Source: an uncultured Pseudomonadota bacterium
GTDB taxonomy: Bacteria > Pseudomonadota > Alphaproteobacteria > Rhizobiales > Xanthobacteraceae
Direction: 5' to 3'
DNA: 64,000 bases
Assembly (NCBI GenBank): GCA_963819955.1
Contig: CAWFYB010000002.1
Span: 413,917-477,916 of the forward strand
Position 1 is the stretch's first letter, and each line of letters begins with the position of its first letter. The notes under the pieces were generated by a model that had not been told where the DNA came from, searched no databases, and worked only from the letters and a program-made list of their open reading frames with translations. This document shows positions 10,184-20,904 of the stretch, in pieces. A program made the position numbers and the translations under genes.

Positions 10184-11554
10184 ATGTACGACATCAAATG
10201 GATTCGCGATAACCCCGAGGCGTTCGACCGCGGCCTCACGCGCCGCGGCTTTCAGCCGTCTGCCAAGCAGCTTCTGGTGCTGGACGAGAAGCGCCGCGCG
10301 CTGATCACCCGGTTGGAGCAGGCGCAGGCGCGGCGCAACGCGGCCTCCAAGGAAATCGGCCAGGCCAAGGCCAAGAAGGACGAGGCCACCGCGCAAAAGC
10401 TGCTGGCCGAGATGGCCGAGCTGAAGACCTCCATCCCGTCCATGGAGGCGGAGGAGCGCCAGGCGGTCGCCATGCTCGACATGGAGCTGGCGCAGATCCC
10501 CAATACGCCGGCGGACGACGTGCCGGACGGCGCCGGGCCAGACGGCAATGTCGAATACCGCGCGCATGGCAAAAAGCGTGACTACGCCTTCAAGCCCAAG
10601 CAGCATTTCGAATTGGGCGAGGCGCTCGGCCAGATGGATTTCGAGCTGGCGGCGAAATTGTCGGGCGCGCGCTTTGTCGTCTTGCAGAAAGGCCTGGCGC
10701 GGCTGGAGCGCGCGCTCGGGCAGTTCATGCTCGATCTGCACACCGGCGCGCACGGCTACACCGAAGTCAGTCCGCCGCTGATGGTGCGCGATGCCGCCAT
10801 GTACGGCACCGCGCAGCTGCCGAAATTCGTCGACGACCAGTTCTTCGCCGCCAGCACCGCGCTCATCCAGGAGCTGTCGGTCGAGATGCGGCCCTCGCTC
10901 GCCGGCGAGGCGCTGCGGCAACAGATGTTCGCGAACTTTTTCGACGCTTCGAAACTGTGGCTCATCCCCACCGCCGAGGTGCCGCTCACCAATCTGGTGC
11001 GCGACTCGATCGTCGAGGAAGCGCAATTGCCGCTGCGTTTCACCGCCTGCACGCCCTGCTTCCGCGCCGAAGCCGGCGCCGCCGGCAAGGACACCCGCGG
11101 CATGATCCGCCAGCACCAGTTCACCAAGGTCGAGCTGGTCTCCATCACCACGCCGGAAAAATCGCGTGAGGAACACGAGCGCATGCTCGCCTGCGCCGAG
11201 GAAGTGCTGAAGAAGCTCGACCTGCATTACCGCGTCATGACGCTCTGCACCGGCGACATGGGCTTCGCCGCGCAGAAGACCTATGACATCGAGGTCTGGC
11301 TGCCCGGGCAGAACGCCTATCGCGAGATTTCCTCCTGCTCGGTCTGCGGCGAGTTCCAGGCGCGCCGCATGAACGCGCGCTACCGCGCAAAGGACGGCGT
11401 GCGCCACGTGCACACCCTCAACGGCTCGGGCGTCGCGGTCGGCCGCGCGCTGATCGCGGTGATGGAAACCTACCAGCAGGAAGACGGCTCGATCCTCGTG
11501 CCGGAGGCGCTGAAGCCCTATATGGGCGGCATGACGAAGATCGAGCGGCAATAA
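10184..11554 (+). CDS. serS: Seryl-tRNA synthetase
   Basis: [44 protein letters not shown]. Confidence 0.98.
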   Translation: MYDIKWIRDNPEAFDRGLTRRGFQPSAKQLLVLDEKRRALITRLEQAQARRNAASKEIGQAKAKKDEATAQKLLAEMAELKTSIPSMEAEERQAVAMLDMELAQIPNTPADDVPDGAGPDGNVEYRAHGKKRDYAFKPKQHFELGEALGQMDFELAAKLSGARFVVLQKGLARLERALGQFMLDLHTGAHGYTEVSPPLMVRDAAMYGTAQLPKFVDDQFFAASTALIQELSVEMRPSLAGEALRQQMFANFFDASKLWLIPTAEVPLTNLVRDSIVEEAQLPLRFTACTPCFRAEAGAAGKDTRGMIRQHQFTKVELVSITTPEKSREEHERMLACAEEVLKKLDLHYRVMTLCTGDMGFAAQKTYDIEVWLPGQNAYREISSCSVCGEFQARRMNARYRAKDGVRHVHTLNGSGVAVGRALIAVMETYQQEDGSILVPEALKPYMGGMTKIERQ

Positions 11555-11580
11555 ATGACAAGCGTGCAACAGTTTCAGGC

Positions 11581-11666
11581 GTCATCGCCGGGCTTGTCCC
11601 GGCGATCCCGCTTAGAGGGCACTGTGCGTCCCTAAGCGAGATGGCCGGGACAAGCCCGGCCATGAC
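11581..11666. repeat. Intergenic palindrome, family A (GTCATcGCCGGGCTTGTCCCGG...CCGGGACAAGCCCGGCCATGAC)
   Basis: Long near-perfect inverted repeat between serS and surE. Confidence 0.85.
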
Positions 11667-11682
11667 AGGTAAGGGATAGCGT

Positions 11683-12444
11683 ATGCGCATCCTCATCACC
11701 AATGACGACGGCATCCACGCGCCGGGGCTTTCCGCCTGCGAAGAGATCGCGCGCGAACTGTCCGACGAGATCTGGATCGTGGCGCCGGAGACCGACCAGT
11801 CGGGCGTGTCGCATTCGCTCTCGCTCAACGATCCCTTACGCCTGCGCGAAGTGGGCAAACGCCATTTCGCCGTCAAGGGCACGCCGACCGACTGCGTGAT
11901 CATGGGCGCGCGCCATATCCTGCCTTCCGTGCCGGACCTGGTGCTGTCCGGCGTCAATCGCGGGCGCAATTGCGCCGAGGACGTCACTTACTCCGGCACG
12001 GTGGCCGGCGCCATGGAAGGCACCGTGCTCGGCATTCCCTCCTTCGCGCTGTCGCAGGCCTATGCCTTCTCGACCAAGCGCGCGCCGCATTGGGCGACCG
12101 CGATCGCGCACGCGCCCGATCTGATCCGCCGCGTGCTCAAGGCCGGCATGCCGCGCGACGTGCTGGTCAACATCAATTTCCCCGACTGCCCGCCGGAGGA
12201 AGTGGCCGGCGTCGCGATCGCCACGCAAGGCAAGCGCGACCAGGAGCTGTTGCGCATCGACGCGCGCCATGACGGGCGCGGCAATCCCTATTACTGGATC
12301 GCCTTCGGCCGCGGCGGCATCGCCGGCGCCGCGCACGGCAGCGACCTCGCCGCGCTCAACGACAAGCGCATCGCGCTGACGCCGCTGCGGCTCGATCTGA
12401 CCGACGAGCCGTTCATGACGCGGCTGGCGGAGTTATTTGGGTAG
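11683..12444 (+). CDS. surE: 5'/3'-nucleotidase SurE
   Basis: [36 protein letters not shown]. Confidence 0.97.
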   Translation: MRILITNDDGIHAPGLSACEEIARELSDEIWIVAPETDQSGVSHSLSLNDPLRLREVGKRHFAVKGTPTDCVIMGARHILPSVPDLVLSGVNRGRNCAEDVTYSGTVAGAMEGTVLGIPSFALSQAYAFSTKRAPHWATAIAHAPDLIRRVLKAGMPRDVLVNINFPDCPPEEVAGVAIATQGKRDQELLRIDARHDGRGNPYYWIAFGRGGIAGAAHGSDLAALNDKRIALTPLRLDLTDEPFMTRLAELFG

Positions 12445-12480
12445 GAGCAGATCGGCGCGCGCGCCACGAAACGGGCGCGC

Positions 12481-12596
12481 TCCCTCTCCCCTTTGGGGAG
12501 AGGGTTGGGGTGAGGGGGTTCCGAGACTTTCGTGAGGCTGTAACCCCTCACCCGGATCGCTTCGCGATCCGACCTCTCCCTATGGGAGAGGTGAAG
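12481..12596. repeat. Intergenic palindrome, family C (CTCTCCC..GGGAGAG hairpins)
   Basis: Two CTCTCCC/GGGAGAG hairpins plus GGGTGAGGGG/CCCCTCACCC; related copies at 275-306 and 55101-55283. Confidence 0.85.
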
Positions 12597-12636
12597 CGAG
12601 TTCGCCGCACGGCCGCATTCAAATCAGAAGCGCGTT

Positions 12637-13009
12637 TCACGCCGCCGCCAGCAATCCCGTCAGCGCGGCGTCGAGCTGCTCGGTCTGGAACGGCTTCTGC
12701 AGCGCCGGGCGGTCGCGGTAGCGCTCGGGCAGGCTGCCCTCGCCATAGCCGGTGACGAACACGAAGGGCAGGCCGCGCCGCGGCCAATATGTCGGCCACC
12801 GGATAGATCTCCTGCCCGCCGAGATTGACGTCGAGCACGGCGGCGCTGAAGTCGCCCGTGGCGGCGAGCGCGCTCGCCTCGGCGATGGTGCCGACCGCGG
12901 CGGCCACAGCGTAGCCGAGGTCGCCGAGCATGTCCTCCAGCAGCATGCGGATGAGATATTCGTCCTCGACCACGAGGACGCGCGGTTGCGCCTGCGAGCT
13001 TGCCGTCAT
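12637..13009 (-). CDS. Single-domain response regulator receiver (frameshift near 12780)
   Basis: [19 protein letters not shown]; continues in another frame as PFVFVTGYG...LQKPF. Confidence 0.85.
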
Positions 13010-13117
13010 CGTCTTTTCCCCGCCCGACAACGTGTTGCGCCGTGCCCGGTTCCGTCGTCCGGACAGCTACATGTTTTGCGCGGCAAACGTGCTAAAAATG
13101 CGGCGAAAGGGGGGAAT

Positions 13118-13768
13118 GTGACGGAAGAGCCGCAGCGCGACGAAAGTCGCATGCAATTCCTGCTCAATTTGCGCCGCCGCGGCATCATGGACCAGGCGGT
13201 GCTGCGGGCCATCGACGAGGTGCCGCGCGCGCGCTTCGTGCCGGCGGAATTCGCAAAGCAAGCGCACGCCGACCGGGCGCTGCCGATCTCCTGCGGGCAG
13301 ACCATCAGCCAGCCCTATGTGGTGGCCTATATGACCGAGCAACTCAGCCTGCGGCCGCATCACCGCGTGCTCGAGGTCGGCACCGGCTCGGGCTATCAGG
13401 CGGCGGTGCTGTCGCGGCTGGCGCGCGCGGTGGTGAGCATCGAGCGCTACCGCACGCTGGCCGAGGCCGCGCGCGAGCGGCTGGCCGCGCTCGGCTTCGA
13501 CAATGTCGAGGTCGTGGTCGGCGACGGCTGCGCCGGCGTGCCGGAGCAGGCGCCGTTCGACCGCATCCTGGTCAGCGCCGCCGCCGAGCGGCTGCCGCAA
13601 GCTTTGCTCGATCAGCTCGCCGACGGCGGCATCATGGTATTGCCGCTCGGCGGGCAGGGATCGCAACACATTGTCAAGCTTACCAAGTCGCAAACGGGTA
13701 TTGCGCGCGAAGACCTCATTCCGGTGCGCTTCGTGCCGCTGATGGCGGGGCAGGCGCGGGAATTGTGA
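13118..13768 (+). CDS. pcm: Protein-L-isoaspartate O-methyltransferase
   Basis: [32 protein letters not shown]. Confidence 0.95.
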   Translation: MTEEPQRDESRMQFLLNLRRRGIMDQAVLRAIDEVPRARFVPAEFAKQAHADRALPISCGQTISQPYVVAYMTEQLSLRPHHRVLEVGTGSGYQAAVLSRLARAVVSIERYRTLAEAARERLAALGFDNVEVVVGDGCAGVPEQAPFDRILVSAAAERLPQALLDQLADGGIMVLPLGGQGSQHIVKLTKSQTGIAREDLIPVRFVPLMAGQAREL

Positions 13769-13806
13769 ATAAGGTTGTGACATTTTTGCCAGCATAGAAC
13801 GCCAGC

Positions 13807-13840
13807 GTAACCAATCGCTAATTCTTAAAGCCTTGTTTAC
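13807..13840. promoter_or_regulatory. Possible tandem CtrA-like sites upstream of the LysM/M23 gene
   Basis: TTAA-N7-TTTAC at 13825-13840 and a weaker GTAA-N7-CTAA at 13807-13821. Confidence 0.4.
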
Positions 13841-13894
13841 TCGCCGCTGGTTTAGTTCGAACTCTAATTTTCTAGCGTATGAGTGAGTAACCAC

Positions 13895-15196
13895 ATGCCG
13901 CGCCCTAAGGTGCCGTCTCGCCCGCGTGCTTGGCCGCGGGTTGCAGTTCTCGCGCTGGTTGGTGTTGCCGTCGCTGGTTGTGAGAATTCAGCGCGCTTCG
14001 ATTCCAATCCCTTCGCCTCGAACCGTGCGCCGCGTCCGGAATATACCGGCTCGGTCGCGCAGCGTCCGGTGCATCGCAGCGTGCAGTCGCAGCCGCTGCC
14101 GGCGCCGAGCAGGCCCGCGACGGTTGCCGCCAATGGCGGCGGCGTCGCTTACGGCGATCGCGGCTTCGGCGCCTATCGGCCGGGTACGCACGCTGCCGAC
14201 GTGACCGGTTCGGTGCCGGCGCGTCACGCAGCCCCCAAGCCGGCCGGGCATTGGACCTGGGACGGCGGCCGCCCGGTCACCGTCGGCCGCGGCGACACGC
14301 TGGAAGGCATCGCGCACGCGAACGGCGTGCCGGCCTTCGCGATCCTCGAGGCCAATGGCATGAAGCGCGGCACGCCGCTGCGGCCGGGCCAGCGGCTGGT
14401 CATTCCGCGCTACGTATCCGATGTAGCCGCGCGCGAGCGCGCCGCGCCGCCGGCCTATGCGCGTGAGCACGCGCCGCCGCCGGCCTACGCGCGCGCCGCC
14501 GCGAACGTGCACGTGGTGGCGCCGGGCGAAAGCCTGATCGGCATTGCGCGCCGCAGCGGCGTTTCGCTCACGGCGCTGGCGCACGCCAACAACATGAGCC
14601 CCTATACCAAGGTCAAGGTCGGCGACCGCATCACCGTTCCCGGCAGCCACCGGCTTTCGGCGCGGCGCGCGCCGGCGCCCAGGCTGGCGGAGCCGCGCAG
14701 CGTGCCGGCCGCGCACGAGCGCGTCGCCAGCATTCCGCCGCAGCACGCCCGCATCGCCAAGGCCGAGGTGCCCGAAACCAAGAGCGTGACCAAGCAGGCG
14801 GAAGCCGCCGGCGCCATCCCGTCGTTCCGCTGGCCGGTGCGCGGGCGCATCATCGCCGCCTTCGGCTCGCACGCCAACGGCACGCAGAACGACGGCATCA
14901 ATCTCGCGGTGCCGGAAGGCACGCCGATCAAGGCGGCCGAGGACGGCACCGTCGCCTATGCCGGCAACGAGCTGAAGGGCTATGGCAACCTGGTGCTGAT
15001 CCGTCACGCCGACGGCTACGTCTCGGCCTATGCCAATGCCAGCCGGCTGCTGGTCAAGCGCGGCGATCCCGTCAAGCGCGGGCAGGTGATCGCGCGCGCC
15101 GGCCAGACCGGCAACGTGACCTCGCCGCAACTGCACTTCGAGATCCGCAAAGGCTCGACCCCGGTCGATCCGCGCAAATATCTCAGCGGGGCCTAA
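13895..15196 (+). CDS. LysM/M23 peptidase lipoprotein (NlpD/DipM-like)
   Basis: Lipobox VAGC, two LysM domains, degenerate M23 motifs NDGINL, YGNLVLIRH, LHFEIR. Confidence 0.9.
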   Translation: MPRPKVPSRPRAWPRVAVLALVGVAVAGCENSARFDSNPFASNRAPRPEYTGSVAQRPVHRSVQSQPLPAPSRPATVAANGGGVAYGDRGFGAYRPGTHAADVTGSVPARHAAPKPAGHWTWDGGRPVTVGRGDTLEGIAHANGVPAFAILEANGMKRGTPLRPGQRLVIPRYVSDVAARERAAPPAYAREHAPPPAYARAAANVHVVAPGESLIGIARRSGVSLTALAHANNMSPYTKVKVGDRITVPGSHRLSARRAPAPRLAEPRSVPAAHERVASIPPQHARIAKAEVPETKSVTKQAEAAGAIPSFRWPVRGRIIAAFGSHANGTQNDGINLAVPEGTPIKAAEDGTVAYAGNELKGYGNLVLIRHADGYVSAYANASRLLVKRGDPVKRGQVIARAGQTGNVTSPQLHFEIRKGSTPVDPRKYLSGA

Positions 15197-16121
15197 TCCT
15201 TCAGCGCCACGCCCGAGCCGCCCGGCGAGCTCCTGGATGAACTGCCAGGCCACGCGCCCCGAGCGCGCGCCGCGCGTGGTCGACCATTCCAGCGCGTCGT
15301 GGTGCAAGGCGTCGCGGTCCGCCGCCGGGATCCTGTAGTGCTTCACATAGGCGTCGACCATGGCGAGGTATTCGTCCTGGCTGCAGCGGTGGAAGCCGAG
15401 CCAGAGGCCGAAGCGGTCGGACAGTGACACCTTCTCCTCCACCGTCTCGCCCGGGTTGATGGCGGTCGAGCGCTCGTTCTCCATCATGTCGCGCGACATC
15501 AGGTGCCGGCGGTTGGAGGTGGCGTAGAAGATCACATTGTCGGGCCGGCCCTCGATGCCGCCCTCGAGCAGCGCCTTGAGCGATTTGTAGCTGGTGTCGT
15601 CGGCGTCGAAGGAAAGGTCGTCGCAGAACACGATGAAGCGCGCGGGCGAGTTGCGGATCAGCGCCATCAGCTCGGGCAGGCTCTCGATGTCCTCGCGGTG
15701 GATTTCGATCAGCTTGAGCGGGCCGCGCTGGCTCTTGCCGGCGAAGGCGGCATTGACCGCGGCATGCGAGGCCTTGACCAGCGACGACTTGCCCATGCCG
15801 CGCGCGCCCCACAACAGCGCGTTGTTGGCCGGCAGCCCCTTGGCGAAGCGCTCGGTGTTCTCCACCAGCACGTCGCGCACGCGCTCGATGCCCTTGAGCA
15901 GCGACATCTCGACGCGGTTGACGTGCTTGACCGGGGCGAGCCGGTTGCCGTCGGGATGCCAGACATAGGCGTCGGCGGCGGAAAAATCGGGCAACCCGGC
16001 CTGCCGCGGCGCCAGCCGCTCGAGCGCGCCGGCGATGCGCTCCAGCACATCGGTTCCCTGCGCTTGGCCGCGCGGCTTGGGCTGTCGGCTTGGGCTTCGG
16101 TTTAGCTTTCGATTTGGCCAT
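15193..16121 (-). CDS. DUF815-family AAA+ ATPase (frameshifts near both ends)
   Basis: NNALLWGARGMGKSS, FCDDLSF, YATSNRRHL, SLSDRFGL. Confidence 0.9.
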
Positions 16122-16347
16122 CGGGACCGCTTCTTAAAAAGTGCGCTGCTCTTAGCCGGGCGGGCGTGCCCCCGCAAGCCGGCCGCGCCGGAAACGGGCA
16201 AAAAACGCCGGTTTTGAGGGGGATAGCGGCGTTGCAATTGGGCGGGCGGCCGCTATAGTCCGCGCGAATTTGAAGGGGGCGCGCGCCGGCGCCGCGCTTA
16301 AACGCGTGCCGGCCGTCCTGACTGGAACAAAACCGGGGATTGGCGCG

Positions 16348-16704
16348 ATGTTCATAACGCCCGCGTTTGCGCAAGGATCGCTGTTCGGTGGCGGAGCCGG
16401 CGGCGAGGGCGGCATGATCATGTCGCTGCTGCCGTTCGTGCTGATTTTCGTCATCATGTATTTCCTGATCCTGCGCCCGCAGCAGAAGCGCGCGAAGCAG
16501 CACCAGGAGATGGTCAAGAACGTGCGGCGGGGCGACACCGTCATCACCAATGGCGGCCTCATCGGCAAGGTCACCAAGGTGATCGATGACGACCAGATCG
16601 AGATCGAGATCGCGGACGACGTGCGCATCCGCCAGTTGCGGACCATGCTCACCGACGTGCGCGCCAAAGGTGAGCCGGTGAAGGACGAGGCCGCGGCCGG
16701 CTGA
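16348..16704 (+). CDS. yajC: Preprotein translocase YajC
   Basis: MYFLILRPQQKR, GDTVITNGGLIGKV. Confidence 0.95.
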   Translation: MFITPAFAQGSLFGGGAGGEGGMIMSLLPFVLIFVIMYFLILRPQQKRAKQHQEMVKNVRRGDTVITNGGLIGKVTKVIDDDQIEIEIADDVRIRQLRTMLTDVRAKGEPVKDEAAAG

Positions 16705-16774
16705 GCGCGGCCGCCGCCGGCCGCCAAGCCTGCATTCAAGCCTGCGTTAAAGTCTGAATTCAAGTCGGGACGTC

Positions 16775-18376
16775 ATGCTCTATTTCACGCGCTGGAAGGT
16801 GGTGGCGATTCTCGGCACGGTGTTCGTCGTCATCCTGTTCGCGGTGCCGAATTTCCTGCCCAAGGCGATGGTGAACAGCTGGCCGGCCTGGGCGCAGCGC
16901 CACATCGTGCTCGGCCTCGACCTGCAGGGCGGCTCGCATATCCTGCTCGAGGTCGACTCGAAGGCCGTGCGCAAGGAAATGCTGGAGAACCTGCGCGACG
17001 ACGTGCGCCGCGTGCTGCGCGAGGCGCGCATCGGCTATACCGGCCTGGTGGTGCGCGGCAACAGCGTCGAGGTGCACATCCGCCAGGGCCTCAATTCGAA
17101 GGAAGCCGAAGCCAAGCTGCAGACCCTGGTGCATCCGCTCGGCGGCATCTTGAGCGCCACCGGCCACAACAATATCGACATCACGTCTGAGCCGAACAAC
17201 GCCTTCCGCCTGACCGTGACCGATCCCGCCATGGTCGAGCGCGTGCGCCAGGCGGTCGACCAGTCGATCGAGATCGTCAGCCGCCGCATCAACCAGCTCG
17301 GCACCGTCGAGCCGCTCATCCAGCGCGAGGGCAACGACCGCATCCTGGTGCAGGTGCCCGGCCTGCAGGACCCGACGCGGCTCAAGCAGCTGCTCGGCAA
17401 GACCGCCAAGCTCGACTTCCGCATGGTCGACACTTCCGTTACGCCACAAGCGGCGCTGCAGGGCAACCTGCCGCCGGACGACGAGATCCTCTACAGCCAG
17501 AGCACGCCGAAAGAGCCCTACGTGGTCGAGAAGCGCGTGCTGGTGTCGGGCGGCGATCTGACCGACGCGCAGCCCGGCTTCGATCAGCGCACCGCGGAGC
17601 CGATCGTCTCCTTCCGCTTCAACACCTCGGGCGCGCGCAAATTCGCGCAGGTGACCGAGCAGAACGTCGGCAAGCCCTTCGCCATCGTGCTCGACAACCA
17701 GGTGATCTCGGCGCCGGTGATCCGCGAGCCGATCCTCGGCGGCTCCGGCCAGATTTCCGGCCAATTCACCGTGCAGAGCGCCAACGACCTCGCCATCCTG
17801 CTGCGCGCCGGCGCGCTGCCGGCGCCGCTCACCATCATCGAGGAGCGCACCGTCGGCCCCGGGCTCGGCGCCGACTCGATCGCGAAGGGCAAGATTTCGT
17901 CTTACGTCGGCGCCGCCATGGTGGTGCTGTTCATGCTGGCGACCTACGGGCTGTTCGGCCTGTTCGCCAACATCGCGGTGGCGATCAACGTCGCCATGAT
18001 CTTCGGCGTGCTGTCGATGCTCGACGCCACGCTGACGCTGCCCGGCATCGCCGGCATCGTGCTCACCGTCGGCATCGCGGTCGACAGTAACGTGCTGATC
18101 TACGAGCGCATCCGCGAGGAGGTGAGGGGCGGCCGCACGCCGATCAACGCCATCGACGCCGGATTTACGCGCGCGCTCGCCACCATCCTCAACTCCAACA
18201 TCACCACCTTCATCGCCGCCGCGGTGCTGTTCTATATCGGCACCGGCCCGGTGCGCGGCTTTGCCGTGACGCTCGGCATCGGCATCATCACCACGGTGTT
18301 CACCGCCTTCACCCTGACGCGCCTGATCGTGGCCTTCTGGGTGCGCTGGCGGCGCCCGCAACGCGTGCCGATATAA
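16775..18376 (+). CDS. secD: Protein translocase SecD
   Basis: LGLDLQGG, LLRAGALPAPL, VDSNVLIYERIREE. Confidence 0.97.
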   Translation: MLYFTRWKVVAILGTVFVVILFAVPNFLPKAMVNSWPAWAQRHIVLGLDLQGGSHILLEVDSKAVRKEMLENLRDDVRRVLREARIGYTGLVVRGNSVEVHIRQGLNSKEAEAKLQTLVHPLGGILSATGHNNIDITSEPNNAFRLTVTDPAMVERVRQAVDQSIEIVSRRINQLGTVEPLIQREGNDRILVQVPGLQDPTRLKQLLGKTAKLDFRMVDTSVTPQAALQGNLPPDDEILYSQSTPKEPYVVEKRVLVSGGDLTDAQPGFDQRTAEPIVSFRFNTSGARKFAQVTEQNVGKPFAIVLDNQVISAPVIREPILGGSGQISGQFTVQSANDLAILLRAGALPAPLTIIEERTVGPGLGADSIAKGKISSYVGAAMVVLFMLATYGLFGLFANIAVAINVAMIFGVLSMLDATLTLPGIAGIVLTVGIAVDSNVLIYERIREEVRGGRTPINAIDAGFTRALATILNSNITTFIAAAVLFYIGTGPVRGFAVTLGIGIITTVFTAFTLTRLIVAFWVRWRRPQRVPI

Positions 18377-18388
18377 GGAGAGACCCCG

Positions 18389-19426
18389 TTGCGGCTGCTG
18401 CGCATCGTTCCCGACAACACCAAATTCGACTTCATGCGCTTCCGGCGCATCAGCTTTCCTATTTCCGCGGTGATGTCGATCCTGGCGATCACGCTCTATT
18501 TCTTCCACGGGCTGAATTTCGGCATCGACTTCAAGGGCGGCCTGCTCTTGGAAGTGCAGAGCAAGGCGGCGCAGGCCGATCTCGCCAAGATGCGGGCGAC
18601 GCTCGGCGGCCTCGGGCTCGGCGAGGTGCAGCTGCAGCAGTTCGGCGCGCCCAACGACGTGCTCATCCGCATCGCCGAGCAGCCGGGCGGCGACGCCGCG
18701 CAGCAGGCGGCCGTCAACAAGGTGCGCGGCGCGCTCGGAACGGAGGTCGACTACCGGCGCGTGGAGGTGGTCGGCCCGCGCGTCTCCGGCGAATTGCTCT
18801 CCTACGGCATCATCGGCCTGGTGTCGGCGATCTTCTGCATTCTGATCTATCTCTGGTTCCGCTTCGAATGGCAGTTCGCGCTCGGCGCCATGATCGCCAA
18901 CGTGCACGACCTGGTGCTCACCATCGGCTTCATGTCGCTCACCCGCATCGATTTCGACCTCACCAGCATCGCGGCGCTGCTCACCATTCTCGGCTATTCG
19001 CTCAACGACACGGTGGTGATCTACGACCGCATCCGCGAAATGCTGCGGCGCTACAAGCGCATGCCGATGCCGGACCTGCTCAACGCTTCGGTCAACCAGA
19101 CGCTGTCGCGCTCGGTGATCACCCACGTGACGGTCAGCCTGGCGCTGCTCGCGCTGCTGCTGTTCGGCGGGCAGGCGATCCATTCCTTCACCGCCACCAT
19201 GATGTTCGGCGTGGTGCTGGTCGGCACCTATACCTCGGTGTTCATCGCCTCGCCGATCCTGATCTATCTCGGCGTCGGCACCGGGCGCGACGCGCTCACC
19301 GGCGGCGGCGCGGCGGCCGAAAGCGAAGCGCCGGCCGAAAAAGCGGAAACGAAATCCGACAAGGCCGAGCCGGCGAAGCCGCAAGCTGCGGCGCAGCGGC
19401 GGCCGCGTCCGAAGAGCCGCCGCTAA
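18389..19426 (+). CDS. secF: Protein translocase SecF
   Basis: NFGIDFKGG, GYSLNDTVVIYDRIRE. Confidence 0.97.
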   Translation: MRLLRIVPDNTKFDFMRFRRISFPISAVMSILAITLYFFHGLNFGIDFKGGLLLEVQSKAAQADLAKMRATLGGLGLGEVQLQQFGAPNDVLIRIAEQPGGDAAQQAAVNKVRGALGTEVDYRRVEVVGPRVSGELLSYGIIGLVSAIFCILIYLWFRFEWQFALGAMIANVHDLVLTIGFMSLTRIDFDLTSIAALLTILGYSLNDTVVIYDRIREMLRRYKRMPMPDLLNASVNQTLSRSVITHVTVSLALLALLLFGGQAIHSFTATMMFGVVLVGTYTSVFIASPILIYLGVGTGRDALTGGGAAAESEAPAEKAETKSDKAEPAKPQAAAQRRPRPKSRR

Positions 19427-19428
19427 CC

Positions 19429-19819
19429 ATGGCGGACGGGCTTGCAGCCGACGCCCCGCATCTGCCGACACCTGCGCCGATCGAGGCCTATGGCAATGGC
19501 GGCTTCCGCTTCGCCGGCATGTCGCACCGCGGCTCGCTGTTGTGCTTTCCCGACGGCATCTGGGCCTGGCCGGTCGCCGCCGCCGGCGCGCTCAGCGAGG
19601 AACTGCTGGCGCCTGCCTGGGCGCGCGCCGCCACGCTCGATTTCTTTCTGATCGGCGGCGGCCGCGATCCATTCGTGTTGCCGCCCGCATTGCGCGATCG
19701 CTTTCGCGCCCTCGGCCTGTCGGTCGACGCCATGGCGACCGGGCCCGGCGGTGCGCACCTACAATATCCTGCTGGCGGAGAACCGCCGCGTCGGGGCGGG
19801 GCTGATCGCGGTGGATTAG
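19429..19819 (+). CDS. Mth938-like (DUF498) protein (frameshift near 19745)
   Basis: IEAYGNGGFRFAGMSHRGSLL; second frame gives RTYNILLAENRRV; usual position after secF. Confidence 0.85.
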
Positions 19820-19824
19820 CAACC

Positions 19825-19945
19825 TGTCATTCCGGGGCCGGCCCCACAGGGGCCGGAACCCGGAATCCAGGGCCACAAACACCAGCATCTCGTTGCAGCC
19901 CTGGATTCCGGGCGCGCGGGCTTGCGCCCGCGCCCCGGAATGACA
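19825..19945. repeat. Intergenic palindrome, family B (TGTCATTCCGGGG...CCCCGGAATGACA)
   Basis: Terminal inverted repeat plus internal CCCGGAATCCAG/CTGGATTCCGGG. Confidence 0.85.
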
Positions 19946-19956
19946 GAACTAGGGCA

Positions 19957-20799
19957 ATGCCGTCCGCCTTCGACCACTGCGCCGCGCTGGTGCGCGACTT
20001 GGACCGCGACCGCTATCTGGCGGCGCTCTATGCGCCGGCCGCGCGGCGGGGAGCGCTCAACGCGCTCTATGCCTTCAACGCCGAGATCGCGCGCGTGCGC
20101 GAGGTGGCGCGCGAGCCGATGCCGGGCGAGATCCGCCTGCAATGGTGGCGCGAGGTGCTCGCCGGCGAGCGCAGCGGCGAAGCGCGCGCCCATCCGGTGG
20201 CGGCGGCGCTCATCGAGACGCTGATGCGGCATAAGCTTGCGCCGAGCCGTTGCTGCAGCTGATCGACGCGCACGCCTTCGATCTCTACGACGAGCCGATG
20301 GCTTCGCTCGGCGATCTGACGCGCTATGGCATCCAGACCGAAGGCGCCGTGTTCGGCTATGCCTGCCGCATCCTCGGCGCCGACGCGCAGGCGATCGGCA
20401 GCCGCGTCATGAACGCGGCCGCCGCCTTCACCATCGCGCGGCGTGCTGAGCCGGCTGGCGCAACACGCCGCGCGCCGCCAGCTTTTTGTGCCGCTCGAAT
20501 TGCTCAGCCAGCACGGCGTCGACCGCGAGACGGTGTTCGCCGGAGAGGTGACGGAAGGCTTGAACGCCGCGCTTGCCATGTTGCGCGCGCGCGCGCGCTG
20601 GTATCTGGGCCTGGCGGAAGCGCCGCCGGTTCCGCCGCAGATCCTGCCGGCGCTGTTGCCGGTCGCGCTCGTTGGACCTGCGCTCGCGCGTCAGGAGCGG
20701 GCGGCGGACCCGTTCGACGTGACGCCCTTGCCGGCCTGGCGGCGGCAATGGCTGTTGTGGCGCGCCGCGCGCGACCCACGCCGCATTTTCAGACAGTAG
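19957..20799 (+). CDS. Phytoene/squalene synthase family protein (two frameshifts)
   Basis: DRDRYLAALYAP, ALYAFNAEIARV, EIRLQWWRE, FDLYDEP. Confidence 0.85.
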
Positions 20800-20904
20800 C
20801 GCGGCGCGCCAATCTATCCCCGCTTCGCGCCCGCAACGTATTGAAAACACACAAGCGCAAAAAAACTTATCCCCGCTCGCTCAAAAGCGCGACTTATCAT
20901 GCGC

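Noticed and set aside
14428-14495. Short tandem repeat in the LysM/M23 gene (ARERAAPPAY/AREHAPPPAY)
   Set aside because: Ordinary low-complexity linker duplication.
13988-16237. 749-aa ATPase fusion; similar apparent extensions of tgt (527 aa) and uvrA (1056 aa)
   Set aside because: Read-through caused by 3' frameshifts; natural stops are visible at 15193, 57748 and 41190.
16760-19471. Long antisense ORFs (e.g. 903 aa opposite secDF, 805 aa opposite gyrA, 782 aa opposite uvrA)
   Set aside because: Shadow ORFs caused by high-GC codon bias.
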